DNA from: Rhizophagus irregularis
Lineage: Eukaryota
Length of the DNA: 64,000 nucleotides
NCBI RefSeq assembly: GCF_026210795.1
Contig: NC_089430.1
Coordinates: 1-64,000, forward strand
Reading direction: 5' to 3'
Shown in pieces: positions 50,321 through 63,500 of this stretch. Position 1 is the stretch's first letter. Every line of letters begins with the position of its first letter. Both the position numbers and the translations under genes were made by a program. The notes under the pieces are model-generated. The model saw only the letters and a list, made by a program, of their open reading frames with translations. It ran no database searches and was not told the origin of the DNA.

Positions 50321-53300
50321 CTAATATTTCTCTGGTAATCTGGTCCCTATAGCTATTTTTTCTGCTGCCTCATGACTTGTGCCACGCTCAAGAAGTTTCT
50401 TATATACTTGAATACGCCAGTGTCCGAATGGTAAGGAGGATATACCATCTGACCAAATCCAGCGTTTTGTATCGATTGGGGATAATGCCTTCTTCTCTGA
50501 CTCGATTAGTGATATTACATGATTTTTTGTACGCATTCCCACATTCTTGGCATAGAAGATATTATTTTCAAACAGACAGTCCCGATATACTTGAGTCATA
50601 GGATCGAAGATTTCATCTTTTTCTACTGTATCATCTAATAAAGTTCCACCTAAAGATGGGAAATATGTGTCCTTAGCCATATCACTCATACCCTTCTTGC
50701 TTACTCCTTTATGTTTGGACTTTGTAGACTTGTCTGCCAAGACATAGTGGTAGGATTTTGCACGGATGTGGTAGGATTCAGTAATTACATTTCCAGGAGT
50801 CTCATCCTTGAAAAGCCCGATAGTCTTGGTATCATTAAGGTCAAAGAGATCTGGACGCTCTGCCATATCCTTGTAAATATCTTCTGTCTCGACATGGTAG
50901 ATAAAGGAGTCAGTATCCATATATCCAAGTCGTACTTTGTTTCCATACTTCTCTTTGACAAAACCATACCAGAAGCGGTACATTAAGAGTTTACTGAGAC
51001 CAAGGACAGATGCACCGATAATGATAGGTTTATTGAGAATAACACTAGCCTTTCCCATATGTGCTCCTACAAGTGTGTTGCCAAGTTGACGAGCATACTT
51101 GAAGGAGGGCTTGCGAACTTTCTTAAGGAATTTCTTCTCATCATTTTCATTGATCATTCTCATAAGCTTGACATCCTGATACTTACGTACATTCTCCATA
51201 GTCTTGCCATAGACTGAGTTATTCATGAGTTTAAAGAAGTCTTTCTCAAATGAATTCTTGGATTGTTGACGTAAATTTGTATTTTTTGCAATATAAGGAG
51301 CTAACCAGTTATCTTGATCAAATGATAGGACTTGTGTAATCTCATCTACAACCATGCCTAACTTAATGTAATACTGGAGCTCTTGGTAATGTATGACATA
51401 ATCTTCATGTTTACCAAGATGTGGAACTAACTTTTCTGTTTCAGGAAATCGCCCTCCATCTAAGTTATCAACAAGTTTGGTTATATATGGGCTTAACCTA
51501 TCCTTTTTTACAGCTATACTATCAACTGCAGGAGGTAAATCTTATAGATAATCATGAGTCCTAAGGGGGTAGTGCGCTTTGATATTTAGGAAGTAACCAC
51601 AGGCAGCATCTGGTTTTGTATTAAGAATTACATTAAGTATCTGCTTCTGCTTATCTGGATTCTGTTTGAAATATTCTGGAGATGCTTCCCATCTGTAATT
51701 ACCAATAGGTAAGTACTGGCTCATAGCCCATCCATACAGATTGTTTGCATCTACATAGGAAATCCAGGTAGTAGGTTTAGAGGGATTAAAAGAGTCACCC
51801 ATCTTAGGGTTATTGGCTTTTAGAAAACGGTGTCCAGCCATAGCTATTCCTCCACGTTTAGCCTTTTCAGTAAAATCATGCATGGTCATGTCAGTGAATA
51901 GCTCTATTTTGACTCCAGTCATCTTAAGCATGCCATCCCATGAAAGTGCTGGTGCAGAGACATAATGACTTGGGTCAAGTCCATAATGATGCATCGCTGT
52001 CTGTTAAAACTTTGTCCAGACATCTGCTAGGAGAAGAACATCAGTCTTAAGGTAAAGGTCATGATACTCGCCCAAGTTCTTGCAGCCAAATTCCTTCCAA
52101 ACTTTTTGTGCATGTTTGTAATTATCCTGAGTGATCTTTCCTCCAAGAGTACTATGAAAGTCATGAATAGATGGGAGTTCTGTCTCCTTGAAACGATCAT
52201 GTGAATCAATATATTTATAAGGATAAACCCCTTTACGTGTGATTAAGTCAATATGTTCAGACGAGAAGTTTTTGAAGTGTCGCTTTGTGAGGGGTTTATC
52301 TGTCCCTAAATTCTTTGCAAGGTTTGCAAGACTGGAGGCCATGAACTGCATGCTATCAATGTACTTGAATTGCCCTACCTTCATGGATTTGTAACGTTCG
52401 AATGTCTCTGCAATAACTTTGATTTGATGTGCTCCAATTGATCGTCCAACAGATTCACAAACTAAATGGGAGTCATAGCCACAGAAGTTATGAAATACTA
52501 CAGGAATTGGAGTCTTCCATGCTTCGATTTGAAGCTTAAGATTGCATGCATTATGAGCAGCTCCACGAAACTTACCTGTGATGTGGCAGTGATCCCAAAC
52601 TTTTTTGTCTTGCACGCCCTGATTGAAATTCCCATTACATATCCAACAACTAACTGCTTCAGTGAATTCCTTTTTAGCTTCCTCTGTTATAATACGTTCT
52701 ACTTTTACTTCTAAAACATCATTAATCCTTCTTAATTCTTTATCAAGTCTGCAGACAAACTCTTCTGTTGCATTTGGTCCTCGGTATAAGAATGGCCCCC
52801 ATGTCTCATCAGTTTCAATCCAGTGGACCATATAGCAGAAGCTATTAGCCTTTTGCTCCATAATCTTATGCATATTTCCACCATAGTTTTCATTACACTT
52901 TCTGTTATCAGCCTCAAAGTCTGCAATAATTACACATGGAGCATACATTGTTCGGTTAAAATTCTTAAACTCCTCAAAATCATTCTTACCTTTAACTGGT
53001 AACTCAACTCTTTGTGGTGACTCACCTAATCCAAAACACCATTCCTGATGATTAGTTAGAGATTTAGACGATGGAAAGCTTTGGAAGCACCGATTGCAAA
53101 GATGCTTCTTTCCCTTGTGGGATGTATCTTTGTATATTAAAGCATCAGGATTCTTAATCCAAAGGAAGTGATTCTTCTGACCATACTTTCCTTCATCTGA
53201 TTTTGTAATATCTGTAAGGGCCATGAGGTGAATGATATGTTGACGGTTGTAATTCTTACTTGCAATAACAGGTTTTGGAATACCAGTTTTCTCCTCCCAT

Positions 53301-54392
53301 TCCCATACATTAATGGAGATCTCAGGATTGAGGTCCTCAATCTTGCTAAATATGCGTGGACAAACAGGAGTGGGCATGGGAATTGCATTGAGATTGACTT
53401 GTTCCAAGTATGGCTTAAATTTTTCTGCCCGAAAGATTCGCTCAAGTTTTTGTGTATGTCCATCTTTATATGCAAAGTAAGCACCTAAAGCCCCTTGCAA
53501 ACATTTTTCAGAGAGCAAGCCTGTGTCCGGATCTATGAGATCTTTGTTATCCGGATTGATAGTGCACTCACTTCTTATTTGCAAGTGCCTTAGGTGTAAG
53601 TATGTATGAGCCTCCTTCTGCTCGGCGGTAAGTATACGTCTCAATAGTTAATATATCTATACTAACAATTTTCCAACCAGACCCTCCTTTCATAAATTTG
53701 ACAATTTTATCTGTGATATCTACTGCTGATTTCGTTAAATGATCATCTATATCATTCTTTAAAAGAAGTACACGCATGACTCCTCTATGATAAACTTGCT
53801 TATATGTTCCACTATTATCTGTATATGTAGCCAATATAGTGATAGCTGATTTGATTTGCCCCTTTTCTTCAAGTTCACTCTCAAGAATTTCTGTTATTTT
53901 CTGACGGGTATCAGCTATTACACTTGGAAAATATGGTATATCTCTAACATTTGGTTTAAGATCAGCTTGCCATACTGTCTTATGTTTTAGAGATTTATGT
54001 GAACGTGCAGGATCATGAACTCTTTTTACAAATTGAATATCACACCATCTTCCTCTATAATCTCCTTGCATATAAGCAAACCATTCATTATCTGTTTGGG
54101 GAGCTCTTCTTTTTCGTGGAGTATATTGATTGTAATCACCAGGTCCTGCTAACCATTTTGCTAGTTCATCAATTGATAAATTAGGAGTTTTCTCTGCAGG
54201 AGCTGGGATAACTTCAGGTATGAGTTCCTGGAGTTGCTCCGGTTGTGGTTGCAATTGTACAATCTCAGGTGTGGGATCCTGAGGGTTAGCTGTAGGCTTG
54301 CATAGAAACTTTCTATTTTGATGCCCACGAAGCTTTTGTGGAGTTGCAAAAGTCTTTCCACATCTATCACAAGTTCGATTACTTGTTGCCAT
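50321..54392 (-). pseudogene. Protein-primed family B DNA polymerase (pPolB) with N-terminal zinc finger and endonuclease VII-like insert, disrupted
   Basis: Exonuclease motifs ADFE, FHNFCGYDSHL and YLKTDV. EndoVII-like CWIC...DHCHITGKFRGAAHNACNL. Polymerase motifs YVDANNLYGWAM, KLMNNSVYGKTM and YMDTDS. Frameshift near 53570; in-frame stops at 52004 and 51542. Confidence 0.95.
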
Positions 54393-54462
54393 ACTGGTTG
54401 TGTACTAATAACCTAAAAATTTTTTTCTTCAATTAATAAATTCTAAAATGTTTTCCATCTTA

Positions 54463-55373
54463 TTACTATCAAAATCGGTATGAAAATAGGCTTCGTCAAA
54501 GAATCAGAGCAATTTATGATTAGGGTTAAATTTTGGTTAGACTTCATTGTCCCAGATTTTTTCGTATTGTAGGGGAAGCTTTACAATATGTCTAGTTGTC
54601 TTCCTGCTGTATATTTTTTGGTTAGACCTCGGACGGATTTTTGGTTAGACTTTTGGTTAGACCTGTTGTCCCAGATTTTTTCGTATTGCAGGGAAAGCTT
54701 TACAATATATCTAGTTGCCTTCCTGCTATACATTTTTTGGTTAGACCTGGGTTGGATTTTTGGTTAGACTTCGCTGTCCCAGATTTTTTCGTATAGGAGG
54801 AAAAGCTTTAAAACATATCTAGTTGCCTTCCTGCTATACATTTTTGGTTAGACCTGGGTTAGATTTTTGGTTAGACTTCACTGTCCCAGATTTTTTCGTA
54901 TAGCAGGAAAAGCTTTACAATATGTCTAGTTACCTTCCTGTTAAAAATTTTTGGTTAGAGCATGAATGGCTTAAATCATCAAATGAATCCATTTTAGAGT
55001 ATCATAAAAATAGTATGCCACAATGGATTGCTGAATCGTGCCATCGGTATTACAGACACTTCGTGTCCTTCATACCTTTGGCACTTATAAAGGCAATCTG
55101 ATATAGCATAAAATTATGATACCCTGGAATGGATCCATGCGTGGTAATAATGCCTAGGAATAAATGATGTTAATCTTATCTACAACGCTTGGGGGTTCTT
55201 TTTTAGCTATCAAGTAATAACATATCGGGAATCAAGGTTAGGTGATCTGGGGATAGAAAAACAGGTATAGTGTTAACATATCAGAAAATAAGGCTAGGTG
55301 GTCTGGGGTATACTAAATTATGGTTAGACCTATGTGATAGCCGCTGTCCCAGAACCTCCAAGTTTGCCCTACT
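54463..55373 (-). repeat. Right terminal inverted repeat of the Polinton-like element
   Basis: Reverse complement of 43596-44507 with few substitutions. Confidence 0.95.
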
Positions 55374-56279
55374 AGATGATACGCCTGTAACAAGTGACAA
55401 ATAAAGGTAACAAATAAGTTTTTCAATAACGTGTCATCATGCGACTCATGTAGCGTCACAATTACTACGTAATGTCACGGATTTGATATCATTTTGACCA
55501 AAATTAACGCTAAATTTAGATTAATTGCAAGATTTAACACAAAAGTATAATTTCGGCCAGAATTAATGGCACACTCTAAATTTTCCTTTTTTGGAAATTT
55601 GTATAACACTTGTGCAGCGGGTTTCCCCAATTTTGATGGGGAAAAATATTTTCTTTTTTAGAAATTCGTGTAATGTCACGTGACAATTCCAAGGTTGTTA
55701 CAGATAAAAATGTGTAACAGGATATTACAGATACATTTTTCCTTAAGAAAATATAATTGGATAATAATAAAAAATTAATTAGAAATAATAATATAAAACG
55801 TATAGTGACATGTGGAAAATTTCTGGAGTAAGGAGAATTATTTTTAAAACAAGGGAAAATATTTTAAATAGTAAAACGTGATAGATTGAGGGGCTAAAAT
55901 AACAAATTAAGTTAATGGAATCTAAATATAGCGATCTACTAAAATTAGAGATCTATTTTTAGAAATGTTAATGAAATGATCGACAAAATTAGTCGCTAAA
56001 TTTAAGATAAATAAAATATTGACAAGCCTAAAAGATGAGAGAATAATGGTAGAAAAGCAAACAAATAAATTGAGAGAAAATATAGGATATTTTTATGAAA
56101 CATTAGAAGAAGAAGGCTAAACGAATATGAAAATATAAAGATTAAATTAATGATAGGACATGGAAAATTAATATATAATATATAATTACAAATTATCAGA
56201 ATGATTTAGAATGGATGCAACACTTTAATCTTTACAATACTTTAACCTTTACAACACCTTAACCTTTACAATATTTTAA

Positions 56280-57658
56280 ATGGAGGAAGAGGAGTTTTAT
56301 TTGCATATAGAACAAAGAAGAATGATTCGACCAAGTTAAAACCAGGATATCTAATATATGGAAGGGAAATAAAGATATTATTAAATTTAGAAGATGAAAA
56401 TGTTACGATAACACAAAGAGTTAATAGTTTAATGGAAGATCTACCGAACATTGAAAGCCAAGCTAAAGAAAATATAGAGAAATCTCAAGAAAAACAGAAG
56501 AAATATCATGATAAGAAATATAAGACGAAAAAGAATTTTCAAATAAGGAATAAAGTACTATATTATGATGCAGCAAAAGAAAAACAATGGTCTGGAATAT
56601 ACTTTTCGTCAAAATGACAAAATACTAATTAAATTTATTTTGACAGACGTAATATATTTTGATAGACGTAATTAATTCATAGTAATTTTATAATAAATAG
56701 TGAATTAGTCCGTTCACTGAAATATGACGTAATTAATTAGCGGAGAAGTATAGTCTGGAAAACTAGAAGAAAAATGGAAGGGATCGTATTATATACATGA
56801 AATAATTTCTAAAGGATCTTATAAAATTAAAACTATGGAGGGAAGAATACAGAAAATGACAATAAATGGAGAATTATTGAAGGAATATATTAACAGGTCA
56901 AGTTTCGAAGTTATAATTAGAATTTGATGGGACTCAAATTTTTCTTGGGGGGATAGCTGTAACCTGAGAAATCAGGATAATCACATGAGTGGATGAATAA
57001 AAGACCGAATAGAACAAGAATAAATAATTAACCAATAGATAAATAATTAGCCGAAGGATAAATAATTAACCGATAAAATAATATTTATAGTTTGGTTTAG
57101 TTTAGTCACGAGATAGTCATATGATAATATATCTTTATTTTCTTATTATTCTTAAATTTTTATTAGTAGAAAAGTTAGAAATAGTAGAAATAATTTTCTT
57201 AAAAATGTATAAATATAGGTGGGATTCGTTAGGAATTCTGCAGTCAGTTTTTGACTCAAATTTAATAAAAGAAATATTAATTATTAAAAGTTATCTTGAA
57301 TATGCTCATTGTACGCTTGAGAATTAATTAATAGTATATTATTAAGTCCAGAAAAGTAAAGAAAAAGAAGTTATTCTCGTTTTATCGAATGAAATACAAT
57401 AAGAAGTTAGGAGAACTCTCGCAGTTTATAAGAAATAAAGTGGTAATATTTGAAAGAATAAATATTACATAAAGAATAATATTTTGGGAATATTATGAAT
57501 GAGTGATAGTATTTGAAAGAATAAATATTACGAATTTATGAGAAAGCGAGAAGTTAAGAGAAAAATAAAATCTAAACCAAGCGAAATAACGAGAAATAAA
57601 GTTGTAATGTAAAAGCTGTGTTTATCCACGGGTGGCAGACGTGGGTGATACCGGTAAC
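56280..57658 (+). mobile_element. Ty3/Gypsy retrotransposon 3' remnant: integrase C-terminus, polypurine tract, 3' LTR
   Basis: KPGYLIYGRE...SQEKQKKYHDKK...KVLYYDAAKEKQWSG/KLEEKWKGSYYIHE (GPY/F-like). TTGGGGGGATAGC precedes the LTR start TGTAACC at 56958. Confidence 0.75.
56598..56752. mobile_element. Small hAT-like MITE inserted in the Gypsy integrase remnant
   Basis: Termini TATACTT(T/C)TC with a perfect 8-bp duplication GTCTGGAA. Removal restores QWSGKLEEKW. Confidence 0.85.
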
Positions 57659-57859
57659 TTAAATCTATTGAAATTAACTTTTAAATTAGATTACAAATTA
57701 TTAAAATATTATAAAATTGAATTTAATGATATTTGATTGATTTGATATTTTTAAAGGTAAATTCAATATTTATAGATAATATCATTTTGATATTATTTTG
57801 ATACTGAATTATTAAAATAATATTATATTGATATTGCATTTATTAAAAAAAAATCATTA

Positions 57860-58560
57860 TTGTTATAACAATATCAAAATGATATCGTTTCATTATATCA
57901 AAATGATATCATATTAATATCGTATTTACTTTCTATTTTTCATTATTGTTATAACAATATCGAAATGATATCGATTTGATGTTTCATCAATATTGTTATG
58001 ATGTCAATTAGATAATTATAAAGTAATATCTTTACGATATCATATTGATATTGAATTAATGTTGGAACGATATCATATTAATATCGTATTTACTTTCTAT
58101 TTTTCATTATTGTTATAACAATATCGAAATGATATCAATTTGATGTTTCGTCAATATCATTATGATGTCGATTAGATAATTATAAAGTGATATCTTTACG
58201 ATATCATATTGATATTGAATTAATGTTAGAACGATATCATATTAATATCGTATTTACTTTCTATTTTTCATTATTGTTATAACAATATCGAAATATCGAA
58301 ATGATATCGATTTGATGTTTTGTCAATATCGTTATGATGTCGATTAGATAATTATAAAGTGATATCTTTACGATATCATATTGATATTGAATTAATGTTG
58401 GAACGATATCGTATTAATATCATATTTACTTCCCATTTTTCAAAAAATTCATTGTTGTTATAACAATATCGAAATGATATTGATCTGATATTTTTTCAAA
58501 CAAATATCTTTACGATATCATTTTGATATATTGAATTAATATTGAAATGATATCATTGCG
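57860..58560. repeat. Tandem repeat, about 164-bp unit (GATATC-rich)
   Basis: 'tattaatatcgtatttactttctatttttcattattgttataacaatatcgaaatgatatc' recurs at about 57912, 58076, 58240 and 58412. Confidence 0.9.
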
Positions 58561-60599
58561 ATATTATAATAATATCATTTGCAAATCGATATCGTCACAA
58601 TATTTATTTAACATCATTATTATATCAATTCGGTATTGTTTAAAAATTCAAGATTTCTGTAAAGTATTCAGAACAAAGTTTTTTAAATAATTCAATAAAA
58701 GATGAATGTTCAACAATTGCGAAAAGAATGCCACAAGATACAAACACTTTAAGTAAAGATTGATCTGTTGCGTCTTATTTTAGCTTTGATAGTACATTAT
58801 TACTATCTTTATCCATAAAATCCATAATAGAGAGTTGCTCAAGTCAGGGATGTTTATTACTTTCAATATCTTTTTCTTCACCATATAATTGCAAAATACT
58901 TCATATAAAAACTCTGTTTATTTCATCATCAACTTTTAAACAGTCTTTAGCAAGATGAATCTGAAGGTCTTGTGGTCATCTTCATGCCCATTTTTGATTA
59001 CAATTGTAACATTCAGCTGCAAAGTGACCAGCTGTTGTCAAAGGTATTTGAATAAAATATACCAGACAGGATCTTGTAAGTGACCACTTTTAACTTGTCA
59101 AATAAATCCTTTAGTTCTTTTTGTTATCATATCAGTTTAATTTAAGAAAGTAGGAGAACGAAAAAAAAGGAAATGAAAAAAAAGAAGGGATGAAAAAAGA
59201 GAAGAAAAAAGGAGAAACAAAAAAAAGGAGAATTAGAAAAAAAGATTAATAAATGACAATCTTTTTTTTTACTGATTATCTCTAGTTAATTTCTTTCTAT
59301 AATGACTTACATTATTTAAATTAAATTTACAATTTATCAATTTTACTTATAATAAATTAATAAAGAGAATTTTTTTATACATAAAACATTCATTAAGAAA
59401 AGTTACACAGTTAACATTTTACTTTATTTATCAAACAATGCATTTTGGATAATTTTTGGAATTTCAGACTATTTTTGGCATTTTAGATTATTTTTGGCAT
59501 TTTAGATGAGTTTCGTAATTAAATTTGAAAACTGAAATAGTTTCAGAAGTTTCAGGTGGCAGCTTTAGAACAAGTGACGCTTATGTAAAGCTCAAAAAAA
59601 GAATTTATGTAAAATCTAATAAAAAGCAACAACTTTCAAATTTTGACTAACAAAAATGAAAATTTATTATTATTATTTTTAACAAATGTTAAATTTTCTA
59701 TTAACAGCCCTATAAAAAATATATATACGGTTAGTATACTGTATTTTCATATTTTATGAACAGTATATTTATAGTATTATTACCGTATAATTACAGTATT
59801 TTCACATACTGTATATATTCAGTATTCTGCACACCGTATCATATATATGGTTTGCATACAGTATATTTTTTCAGTTTCACCTGTATGTTTTATACTTGTA
59901 AACAGTAGAAAAACCGTATGTTTTATACTTGTAAACAGTATATTGTTTTATATTTTATATTGCGAACAGTATACTTTTCCAGGATAAACCGTATATTTTA
60001 TACTGATAAACAGTACTTTTTTCCAGTTTAAACTGCATATTTTGTACTAATAAATAGTATATATTATTCAATTAAATCGTATATTTTATATTTGCAAACA
60101 GAATTTAAAATGCATTTATAATCAATAAAATTTTTATTAAATAATATTAAATATACAAATATTTTTTATAAATAATATAAATAAAAAACTAGTATAAAAT
60201 AATATACTATTTGTAAAAAAAATAATATTAGCAAAATATAAACAAAAAAAAAAGAAATTTAATTAGTAATATTATCATTATTTTAAATATAAAAAAGGAA
60301 TAATAAAAGGTTAATAAAAAAAAGAAATTTAATTAGTAATATTATCATTATTTTAAATATAAAAAAGAAATAATAAAAAGTTAGTAATATTATTAATATA
60401 TTAGTTAGATATAAAAAAGTAATAAAACGATAGTAGTAATGTTAGTAATATATTAAAAAAATTAAATAAAATACATAAAAGTAAAAAAAAAAATATAATT
60501 AATATATGTTAACATATAATATTAATATAAAAAGAGCAAATGGTTAGCACGACTATAAGGAGAATAAGAAATCATTTAGAAAAAAAAAAAACACGGACA

Positions 60600-63500
60600 A
60601 TGCCATTCAAAACAATAAAGAATTTGTTTAGCTGGTCTAAACAAAAACTCCTATCGTTGAGGACAACAAACAGAGAAACAGAAACTACACGTAAAGTAGA
60701 AACAGAAGAGGGAGATTTTGAACAACGGCCCAACACTCCCCAAAAACAAAACATTCAAGACAGAAACACGACGCGTACACAGCAGACAGAGAATAACTAC
60801 ACGCAACAAAATGCAAATGTATATAACAACAACACATACAATTTAACATTCATGGGACACAACATTAACGGCCTGGGCCCTGATCATTCCAAACTTAATT
60901 TACTAATAGAATACTGTTCAAACAAAGGAGCTGATATAATAGGTATATGCGAAACAAACAGAGATAGAAAACACGGAAAATTTTGGAACAAACAAACACT
61001 AGAATATACCTCTTTCTGGACTAACAAAGACAACAAGATAAAAGGGTCAGGAGTTTGCATAATGATTAACAAGAAATGGGAAAAACACATTGGAAAAGTC
61101 AATAGAATAGGTGCATACTACATAGAAGCTTGGTTACTCTTCAAGAATTGCACGCTCATAGTAGGTGTAATATACATACCACCATCAGACACGAAAATAC
61201 AAAGTGAACTAACAAGCTATATTAAAAAAGAATTCACTAATCACAGTAAAAAAAATAGGTATTACATTCTGATAGGAGATCTCAACTCATATTTGGACAG
61301 AACACTAGATTATAGCGGCCCATCCAAACTCGGAAAAAAACCTTCAAATATAATTACGTGGTTAGACAATGCCTTTTTTACGGACACGTACAGAAAACTA
61401 AATCCCAAAAAGAGATGCTTCACATGGAAAAACAAAAATACATCAACTAGAATTGACTACATATGGGCGGACCCTAAACTTGAAGCTAACATAAGAAAGA
61501 GTCACATATACCAGTCAATTGACATTACAGATAGTGATCACAACATCACACTCGCAGAAATCTCTTTCACTAATATAATAGTCACTAACAACAAAGGAGG
61601 TAGAAGAGCAGAAAAGAGCTCAACACGTATTGTATATGACTATGAGAACACCACAAATGAACAGTGGAACAGATATGAAAAATACCTTAATGGCCTTCTG
61701 AAGAAACATAAAGCCTTCAGATACATAGAGAACCATGGACAAAATGAGGATACACTAAATAAATTATGGGACATCATATGTAACTGCATACAACAGGCCG
61801 CGCTTAAACACATTCCACACAAGAAAATAGGCGGCGTCAAAACCAACTTTAATAGGAATTATAAAGAAATCGAAAACTCCTCTAAAGAACGTAAGGACCT
61901 ATTATATATTAGAAGTATAATGAGGAAATTATATAAAAACGAATTGAAGGGGGTAGAGTTACGCAACGCATCAAAAGGAATTAAATCGTTCAACCAATGT
62001 TACGGAACCAACATAGCAGAGATAACGGAAGACACGGACTGGCACACATGGAAATGCGAAACGAGAAACTGGCTGAAAATAGTCAGAAGAATAATTAAAA
62101 TAAAGGACAAGGCAATCAAAGAAGCATCAATAAAGAAAAGGATAGAAGAAAGAAATAGTATGATTACCAAGGATCAACGGAAAATGATTAATAGCATCCT
62201 AGACAAAACATACTCAAAAATCAATCTGGACAGAATACGTATACTCACTGATACCCAAGAAGAAATATTGCTGAACTCTAAAGAAGAAGTCCATACAGAA
62301 GCGATTAACGCGTATTCATCCCTATTCCGCTCACGAAATCATAAATTCGAGAATCTCCCAGAACAGTGGAAAGAAATATATGAACTGCGGAAAGACATAA
62401 ACCCGGAAATTTACGAACACCTAAATGATATACCGACCGAACAAGAGTGGTATGAGATGCTCGAAACTATGAACGATAAATCAGCACCAGGCATCTCTAA
62501 CATCAGCTATAAATTAATCAAGAAAGCTGGTGCAAAAGCCAATGACTTGTTCAGGCAATACACAGGACTATGTTATTTGTTACAAAACATACCTATGAAA
62601 TGGAAAATCTCTCAATTGTATCCGATCCCCAAGACTTATGATTGGGATTTCAACCTAGCAAGGACGAGACCAATTTTACTTATTGAGTGCCTGCGTAAAT
62701 GTGCAGTCAAAATTACCACAAAACGCCTAGAAAATATTCTCAGTAAACACGAAATTTTAAAAGGACCAAATTACGCGGGATTACCAGGCGAATCTACATC
62801 AGCACCACTTTCAATAATTAATGGTATTCTAGAAGACGCTCGTGAAGAGAATAAGACAGTATGGATAGTGGCTCAAGACATGGCGAAAGCCTTCGACAGC
62901 GTCGGAATGGTTCCCTTGCAAAAAGCTCTGGAGAGAATTAGATTACCACCATCCACCATTAATTTCATCATAAATATCTACAAAAACTGTAAGATCAAGA
63001 TCATCACGGCGTACGGTGTAACCGATACTTTCACAGCATGCGATGGTATAGACCAAGGGGAGGTTATATCCCCATTGATCTGGAGAATTTTTTACGATCC
63101 CCTCCTCCATAGAATACAGGAAGATGAAGCTTTAGGTTACTGCATGGAGCTAAATTGGCCGGACAACGTTTTTAATAATAATAAACGGAAAATAACAGTA
63201 CGAACCGCCGTGTCGGCATACGCAGATGACACACAATGGATCGCCAAAAGTAAAAATGAAGCAGAAGAAATTTTACTAATTGCGGACGAATTTTTTGATA
63301 TCAATGACATAAAAATTAACGGGGAAAAAACTGAAATTATCGTTGTAAATCCGGAAGAAAGCAACGAAAACGAAAGGTTCTTGGAGATAGGGAAAAATAA
63401 CGACAAAGTGTTTGTCAACAAGGGATCAGTTCCAATACGCATTCTGGGAGTATGGTTCAAAGCAGACAAAGGAGACAAACACATAGAAGCTATAGTAAAG

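Larger units (their letters stand above)
43596..55373. mobile_element. Maverick/Polinton-like self-synthesizing transposon, 11.8 kb, atypical Gag-protease cargo
   Basis: TIRs of about 910 bp beginning AGTAG and ending CTACT; flanks AGACG/AGATG (5-bp duplication with one CpG-type mismatch); encodes pPolB and a retroviral-like integrase. Confidence 0.92.
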
